From positions 1 to 20,813 of the forward strand of contig JANMLN010000008.1 of assembly GCA_031372565.1 (NCBI GenBank): a stretch of DNA of 20,813 bases. The letters run 5' to 3'. Numbering within the stretch: position 1 is the first letter of the stretch; each line of letters opens with the position of its first letter. The notes beneath the pieces were generated by a model that was given only the letters and a program-made list of their open reading frames with translations, was not told the DNA's origin and ran no database searches. Shown piece by piece: positions 15,340 through 20,813 of the stretch. The translations under genes were made by a program, and so were the position numbers. This stretch comes from Gemmatimonadota bacterium (lineage in GTDB: Bacteria; Gemmatimonadota; Gemmatimonadetes; Gemmatimonadales; Gemmatimonadaceae).

Positions 15340-16925
15340 GACGCCCTCCCGGTGTTGAGGATGTTCACGCCGCGAAAGCGGGCGGGCGGACACCCATGAC
15401 TCACGGAGTTCACCTGCCCGGGTTCGCCCTTGCCGTCGGAGAAGGTCCCGCCCAGCCAGTACGACTTCTTGCCACCGATCATGTCCATGGCATTCCAGAA
15501 CACCGGCGTGGTGCTCTGGTACGCCACGTCCTTGAGCATGCCGGTGATCTTGCCTCCCTTCACCTCGTAATACACCTGCCCCGAGAACTGGAAGTTGTAG
15601 CGCTGGTTGTCGATCGACCACGAGCCACGGTTCTTCACGACGATGCCGCGATCCGTCGCGGCAATGATGTCATCGAGGCCGATGTCCTTGTCGCCGGGCA
15701 TCAGCGAGATGTTGGGCATGCGCTGGAACTGCACCGAGCTCCACGAGTCGGCAAACGAGCAGCCGTGCGACCGCTTCACGCCCGTGAGCTTCTCGATCCA
15801 CGCCGCCTGTTCGCGCGTCGTCTGGTAGTCCTTGAACAGCCCCTTGTCGATGATCATCCACTGCTCGGCGGGGACCCCCTCGTCATCCCACGCGCACCGC
15901 GCCAGCGACTCGGCCTGCGTGCGGTCGGCCTGCACGCGCATGATCGGCGTGCCGTACTTGAGCTTGCCGATCATCTTCTCCGGCGGCGCGACGAAGCTGG
16001 TGCCCGCGTAGTTGGCTTCCTGCCCCACGGCCCGATCGAGCTCGGTCGGATGCCCGATGCTCTCGTGGATCGTGAGCCACAGGTTGGTCGGATCGAGGAT
16101 CAGGTCGTAGCGCCCCGGCTCCACCGTCTTCGCACCCAGCTTCTCGGCCGCGAGCCCGGCCCACTTGGCCGCGTTGCCCGCCATGTCGAGTTGCTCGATG
16201 TACTCCCAACCCGAGCCGCGCGGCGCGAGCTCCTCGTTGTAGGCCTGGAAGTCACCGTTGCCGACGGCCGTGGCGCTGAACGACGGGCCCACGCGAATGA
16301 ACGTCTGCGTGGTGAGCGTCCCCTCGCTCGTGGCCAAAGTCTTGACCTCGCGCAGCAGCCCCATTCCCGAGTTGGCGAAGCGGATCTTCGGCACCTTGAG
16401 CGCCGCCTCGTTGGCCGCGAGCAAGAGCGCCACCTTCTCCTCGATCGGAATCTCGATCGGGTCCTTCAGGACCGGGGTCATCCACGTCCCCTTCACCGGC
16501 TTCACGGGCGCCAACTCGACCGGGCGCCGCTGCACCGTGCGCGCGGCCTTGGCAATGACCACCGCCTCGCGTGCGGCCTTGACCACGCCAGCCTTGCTGA
16601 GCTCGCTGGTCGCCGCAAACCCCCAACTCCCCTGCACCAGCACGCGCACCCCCACGCCGAACGACTCGTTGTCGCTCACCGTCTGAACCTGCCGCTCGCG
16701 CGCCGAAACCTGCTGCCGCCGGTAGCGGCCAATCCGCACGTCCGTGTAACTCGCCCCCGCATCACGTGCGGCGTTGAGCGCCTCCATCGCCAGCTCTTCC
16801 TCGAAGGGGTCCGTGCCCGGCGTCGGGACGAAACGCGGCATGGCGCTCAACAGGGACGGGCCGAACGCGAGCCCGGCCGCGGCGGCGGCGGATGTCGCGA
16901 CGAACTCTCGGCGCGTGGTCGTCAT
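15336..16925 (-). CDS. tldD: TldD-type metalloprotease subunit with twin-arginine leader, 529 aa
   Basis: GVGVRVLVQGSWGFAA, HESIGH (16050-16067), WDDEGV, QRMPNISL, SWSIDNQRYNFQF and VSHGCP. N-terminus MTTTRREFVATSAAAAAGLAFG. Confidence 0.92.
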   Translation of the reverse strand: MTTTRREFVATSAAAAAGLAFGPSLLSAMPRFVPTPGTDPFEEELAMEALNAARDAGASYTDVRIGRYRRQQVSARERQVQTVSDNESFGVGVRVLVQGSWGFAATSELSKAGVVKAAREAVVIAKAARTVQRRPVELAPVKPVKGTWMTPVLKDPIEIPIEEKVALLLAANEAALKVPKIRFANSGMGLLREVKTLATSEGTLTTQTFIRVGPSFSATAVGNGDFQAYNEELAPRGSGWEYIEQLDMAGNAAKWAGLAAEKLGAKTVEPGRYDLILDPTNLWLTIHESIGHPTELDRAVGQEANYAGTSFVAPPEKMIGKLKYGTPIMRVQADRTQAESLARCAWDDEGVPAEQWMIIDKGLFKDYQTTREQAAWIEKLTGVKRSHGCSFADSWSSVQFQRMPNISLMPGDKDIGLDDIIAATDRGIVVKNRGSWSIDNQRYNFQFSGQVYYEVKGGKITGMLKDVAYQSTTPVFWNAMDMIGGKKSYWLGGTFSDGKGEPGQVNSVSHGCPPARFRGVNILNTGRAS

Positions 16926-17025
16926 GGCGAGGTGGGGTGCGAGAAACAACAGATGGCTGCGCCCAACCTACGCACCGCCCCGTCCGTTTGCTGCCCGGCC
17001 CCGTGTCTCGTGCGCGGCGACCCGT

Positions 17026-19461
17026 TCAGTTCCGGCTCGCCGCCTCGGGCACGAGCCCCGTGACCGCGCGCACGAGCTCGTCCGGGGTATACGGCTTGGG
17101 CAGGATGGCCGCGATGCCATCCGCTCGCACCGTATCGACCGACAGCATGGCGGAGTATCCGGACACGAGCAGCACCGGCAGGTCGGCACGCAGCCGCCTC
17201 GCCTCCGACGACAGCTGGAGCCCCGTCATGCCGGGCATCGTCAGGTCGGTCACCAGCACGTCGATGGCCGCCGCGTCCTCACGCAGCACGTCGAGCGCCG
17301 ACGCGCCATCGGGCACCGCGCGCACGGTGCACCCCGCGCGCACCAGCGAGCGCTCCGCGATCCGCACCAGCGCCGGCTCATCGTCCACCACGAGCACGCG
17401 CAGCCCGCGCCCGGACGGCGTCACCTCGGGCACGATGACCGGCGTCGACGCCGGCGTCGTCACGGCAGGGAGCAACACCTCGAACGTCGTGCCTGCGCTG
17501 ACCGCACTCGTCGCCATGATCGCGCCATCGTGGCTCCGCACCACCCCGTGTACCACCGCGAGCCCGAGTCCGGTCCCTTCGCCGACCTGCTTGGTCGTGA
17601 AGAACGGCTCGAAGATGCGCTCGATCGTCTCCTGCGCCATGCCGTGCCCGGTGTCGCGCACCACGAGTCGCGCGTACCGGCCCTCGCGCAGCTCGGGGCG
17701 ACGCCGCGCCTCGGCCTCCATCACCACCCTCGTGCTCAACTCGAGCGAGAGCGTACCGCCCGAGTTGCGCATCGCATGCAGCGCGTTCTGACCAAGATTC
17801 ACGATCAGCTGATGGAGCTGCGTGGAGTCGCCAAGGATCATCGGCACGTCGGGCGATGCGCTGACGGTGATCTGCACGCCGCGCCCCGCCACGCCGCGCA
17901 GCACCCCCACCGCTTCGTGGAGGATCGCGCCCAACGACAACACGTGCCGCGACTGCTCCTCGCGACGGCTGAACGTGAGGATCTGCCGCACGACAGACGC
18001 CGCACGCATCCCCGCTCGGTCGGCCTCGGTCAGGAACGCCAGCGCCTCGGCGTTGGGCGGCAGCGTCCGGCGCGCCAGGTCCACGTGTCCGAGCATGGCG
18101 GCAAGCAGGTTGTTGAAGTCGTGGGCCACCCCGCCGGCGAGCGTCCCCAGCGCCTCGAGTTTGTGCGCCTGTCGAAGCTCGCCCTCGAGGCGCACGCGCT
18201 CCGTGAGATCGGTGAACGTGGTGATGCGCCGGTCACCCACCACGGACACGTTCAGCTCGACGTGCCGCGTGCTGCCGTCGAGTCCGCGCAGATCGGTCAT
18301 GAGCGGCGGCACCGGTCCGATCGGCGTCGCGGCGGCCTCATCGAGCGCCGCACGCACCGTCGGCATCACGCCGGTGCGTGCCCACCACGCATCGAGACCG
18401 GGCCCCTCATCCACCGTCCCGAACAGCGCGGCCAGTCGCGGGTTCACATACGGGCGATCCGGCGCATCGGACCGCTCCACCAGGATCGCCACCGGTGTGT
18501 TGTCCACCAGTTGCCGAAACTGCGCTTCGCTCGCGCGCGCAAGCCGGAGCGCGCGGCGCTGGCTGTCGAAGGCCGCCGCAATGAGCATGATGCCCACGAT
18601 GCCCATGAGCAGTTCCGCCTGCAGCGTGAGCACCTGAAAGCCCGGCGACGTGGGCATCGAGCTCATCACCCCCAACCCATGCGCGAGGCCCCACCCCAGG
18701 CAGGTTGTCGTGAGCAGTTGCACCCACGCCACCGCAAAGAGCCCCAGTCGGAGCGCAGCGTACGCCGGGGGGACGACTACCACGACCAGAAACGGGCGCT
18801 CCCATTGCGAGGCATCTGGCGAGGCCAGCCCGAAGACAGCGGACAGGATCACCGAGGCGATGATCGTCCCCACGAGCTCCGCGCGCCGGGACGCGCGCGC
18901 ACGGCGCCACCAGTCGCGCCCCTCGCGGAGCGTCAACAGGAACGGAATGATCAGCAACGCGCCGAGCGCATCGCCCAGCAGCCAGAGCAGCGGTTCGACC
19001 CCCCCAAGCGCAGGGCGCCCCATCGTCAGGCCGACCAGGACCAGCCCGACGGTGACCACCGGCCCGGTGACGAAGAGTCCCACCGTCACCAGCACGATGA
19101 TGTCGTTCGGCGCGGTCAGGAGCCTGCGTCCGCGAACGGCACGCTGCAGCACCAGCGCCGACACCACGGCGCCCACGGCGGAGGCGAGTTCCACGGCACC
19201 CGCCAGCAGCGGCGATCGGCCAAGCGGCAGCGCGAAGGCCAGCCGCGTAGCCAAGGCGAGCACGAACAGGATCGGCCACTCGCGCCGCGGCCGGAGCAGG
19301 AGCCACGCGACCAGCGCACCGATCGGCGGCCACCAGACACTCGACGCCATCGGCGCCGGGACCAGGCTGTACCCGACCAGCATGCTCAACGCGTACAGCG
19401 CCGTCTCGAGGACGAGCTGCACCGGGCGCTGTGACAGCAGGGCGGTCGGGTGATCCTTCAC
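17026..19461 (-). CDS. Hybrid sensor histidine kinase/receiver: MASE1-like membrane domain, PAS-like, HisKA, HATPase, REC (start uncertain)
   Basis: SSVWWPPIG and WLLGDALGALLIIP (MASE1), LAGGVAHDFNNLL (H box), NLGQNA, DTGHGM, IFEPFFTTK, GTGLGL, then LVVDDE/DLTMPG/PKPY receiver. GTG 19461 chosen over GTG 19542. Confidence 0.9.
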   Translation of the reverse strand: MKDHPTALLSQRPVQLVLETALYALSMLVGYSLVPAPMASSVWWPPIGALVAWLLLRPRREWPILFVLALATRLAFALPLGRSPLLAGAVELASAVGAVVSALVLQRAVRGRRLLTAPNDIIVLVTVGLFVTGPVVTVGLVLVGLTMGRPALGGVEPLLWLLGDALGALLIIPFLLTLREGRDWWRRARASRRAELVGTIIASVILSAVFGLASPDASQWERPFLVVVVVPPAYAALRLGLFAVAWVQLLTTTCLGWGLAHGLGVMSSMPTSPGFQVLTLQAELLMGIVGIMLIAAAFDSQRRALRLARASEAQFRQLVDNTPVAILVERSDAPDRPYVNPRLAALFGTVDEGPGLDAWWARTGVMPTVRAALDEAAATPIGPVPPLMTDLRGLDGSTRHVELNVSVVGDRRITTFTDLTERVRLEGELRQAHKLEALGTLAGGVAHDFNNLLAAMLGHVDLARRTLPPNAEALAFLTEADRAGMRAASVVRQILTFSRREEQSRHVLSLGAILHEAVGVLRGVAGRGVQITVSASPDVPMILGDSTQLHQLIVNLGQNALHAMRNSGGTLSLELSTRVVMEAEARRRPELREGRYARLVVRDTGHGMAQETIERIFEPFFTTKQVGEGTGLGLAVVHGVVRSHDGAIMATSAVSAGTTFEVLLPAVTTPASTPVIVPEVTPSGRGLRVLVVDDEPALVRIAERSLVRAGCTVRAVPDGASALDVLREDAAAIDVLVTDLTMPGMTGLQLSSEARRLRADLPVLLVSGYSAMLSVDTVRADGIAAILPKPYTPDELVRAVTGLVPEAASRN

Positions 19462-19591
19462 GGCAGGTGGTGCGAGGTCAGTCGATGCGGTTGGCGGCCG
19501 TGCGCGCGATGCCCGCAACGCGGCGCACGCGTCACGATGCACCGGACCCGAGCGCGCCCGTGCTACTCAAACGCGCGGAGCCTCCCGATGG

Positions 19592-20813
19592 TCACACCAC
19601 CGCCACCAGCTGCCCCTGCTGCGCCGCGGTCACCTCGGCGATCGCGCACACCGCCTCGTCGGGCGTGAATGGCTTCTGCAGCACGCCGGCGATCCCGTCC
19701 GCCCGCAGCGCGTCCAGCGAGAGCGTGGCCGAGTACCCGGTCATGAGCAGCACCGGCAGGCTCGGGCGGATGCGCCGCGCCTCGGCTGCCACCTCGATCC
19801 CGGAGGTGCCGACCATCGACAGGTCGGTGATCAGCACGTCGAAGGCCAACGGATCCTCGCGCAGGATCGACAGCAACTCCTGTGGACGGCTCACCGTGCG
19901 CGCAATGCCGCCGGCTCGTGTCACGACGCGGTGCACGAGCCGCGCGAGCGCCGGCTCATCGTCCACCGCGAGCACCCGCACGCCGTGGAGCGAGATCGGC
20001 ACGTCATCGGCGGGCGCCTGCCACGGCAGCACCTCGGATGTCGCGGGCAGGTACACACCGAACCAGGTCCCCTCGCCCGGGGTGCTGCGTGCGATGATCG
20101 CTCCGTCATGCGACTTCGCCACGCCATGGACCACTGCCAGTCCGAGTCCGGTGCCTTCCCCCGGATGCTTGGTCGTGAAGAATGGCTCGAAGACGCGCTC
20201 CAGCGTTTCCTTGGTCATGCCCACGCCGGTGTCGCCGACCGTGAGCCGCGCGTAGCGTCCGGTGCGCAGTTCGGGATGCCGACGCACGAGATCCTCGGTC
20301 ACGTCGACCTTCTCGAGAGCGAGACTGAGCGTGCCGCCGCGCTCGCGCATCGCGTGCAGCGCGTTGGCGCCCAGGTTCATGATCACCTGATGCAGTTGCG
20401 TCGCATCGCCGAGCACGTGCGGAACGTCACGTCCCTCGGCGACCTGCACGCGCACCGCTGCGGGGGCGAGGCTCCTGAGGTGCGAGGCCGCCTCGAGAAA
20501 CACCGGGCTCAGCGCCAGCACGCTGCGGTCGTGCTCCTGCTGCCGGCTGAAGGTCAGGATCTGTCGAACCATGTCGGTCGCTCGCTTGCTGGCAGAGGTG
20601 GCGTCGTCGATCCAGGGGCGGGTCTCGTGACCCGCGGGGAGGGCACCGCGCATCAGGGCGAGGTTGCCCATGATCGCCGTGAGGATGTTGTTGAAGTCAT
20701 GCGCCACGCCGCCGGCCAGCGTGCCGAGCGCTTCGAGTTTGTGCGACGTGCGCTGCTCGGCCTCGACACGGGCACGATCGGTGAGGTCCACGAACGCGAT
20801 GATCCGCCGATCG
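19592..20813 (-). CDS. Hybrid histidine kinase/receiver, paralog of 17026-19461 (5'-truncated by window)
   Basis: The frame stays open to the window edge (DRRIIAFVDLTDR...). AHDFNNIL, NLGANA, DTGVGM, FEPFFTTK, GTGLGL, then LAVDDE/DLSMVG/QKPF. Confidence 0.92.
   Translation of the reverse strand, partial: DRRIIAFVDLTDRARVEAEQRTSHKLEALGTLAGGVAHDFNNILTAIMGNLALMRGALPAGHETRPWIDDATSASKRATDMVRQILTFSRQQEHDRSVLALSPVFLEAASHLRSLAPAAVRVQVAEGRDVPHVLGDATQLHQVIMNLGANALHAMRERGGTLSLALEKVDVTEDLVRRHPELRTGRYARLTVGDTGVGMTKETLERVFEPFFTTKHPGEGTGLGLAVVHGVAKSHDGAIIARSTPGEGTWFGVYLPATSEVLPWQAPADDVPISLHGVRVLAVDDEPALARLVHRVVTRAGGIARTVSRPQELLSILREDPLAFDVLITDLSMVGTSGIEVAAEARRIRPSLPVLLMTGYSATLSLDALRADGIAGVLQKPFTPDEAVCAIAEVTAAQQGQLVAVV

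Noticed and set aside
13990..16925. RiPP/microcin biosynthetic cluster around tldDE
   Set aside because: No YcaO, radical SAM enzyme, transporter or precursor-like small ORF is visible in the window.
16774..19434. 886-aa plus-strand ORF, and other long antisense ORFs (3031-4407, 4501-5769, 12519-13730, 13627-15399, 15309-17063)
   Set aside because: These are Arg/His/Pro-rich shadow frames opposite well-supported genes, as expected in high-GC DNA. They have no recognisable motifs.

Overview
GC-rich bacterial chromosomal segment; gene content and style suggest Gemmatimonadota, which is an inference only. It carries 20 CDSs, two of them cut by the window edges, and no tRNA, rRNA, CRISPR array, transposase or phage gene that I can see. 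From left to right: the 3' end of a diphthine-ammonia-ligase-like PP-loop ATPase; a 2-copy REP-like repeat; a PLP threonine/serine-dehydratase-family gene; a short archaeal-style mscL; a 3-copy cluster of the same repeat; a minus-strand run of VOC, lipoprotein, DinB and an 818-aa HerA/DUF87-like ATPase; two hypothetical envelope proteins; a YhhN-family gene; msrB-msrA; a Tn5-Ble-like protein; a secreted DUF885 protein; and a long minus-strand run of two paralogous hybrid histidine kinases, tldD-tldE, phoD and an SDR. The best candidate for an under-described system is an apparently Tat-exported TldD/TldE protease. TldD has a twin-arginine leader, TldE has no signal peptide, the usual Cys metal ligand of TldD appears to be replaced by Asp, and the pair sits directly upstream of a Tat-type PhoD. 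Other points of note: the REP repeats supply the stop codons of both adjacent genes, the HerA-like ATPase has no partner and ends in a coiled-coil/hydrophobic tail, and several genes look leaderless. All family assignments come from motif recognition by eye, with no database searches.
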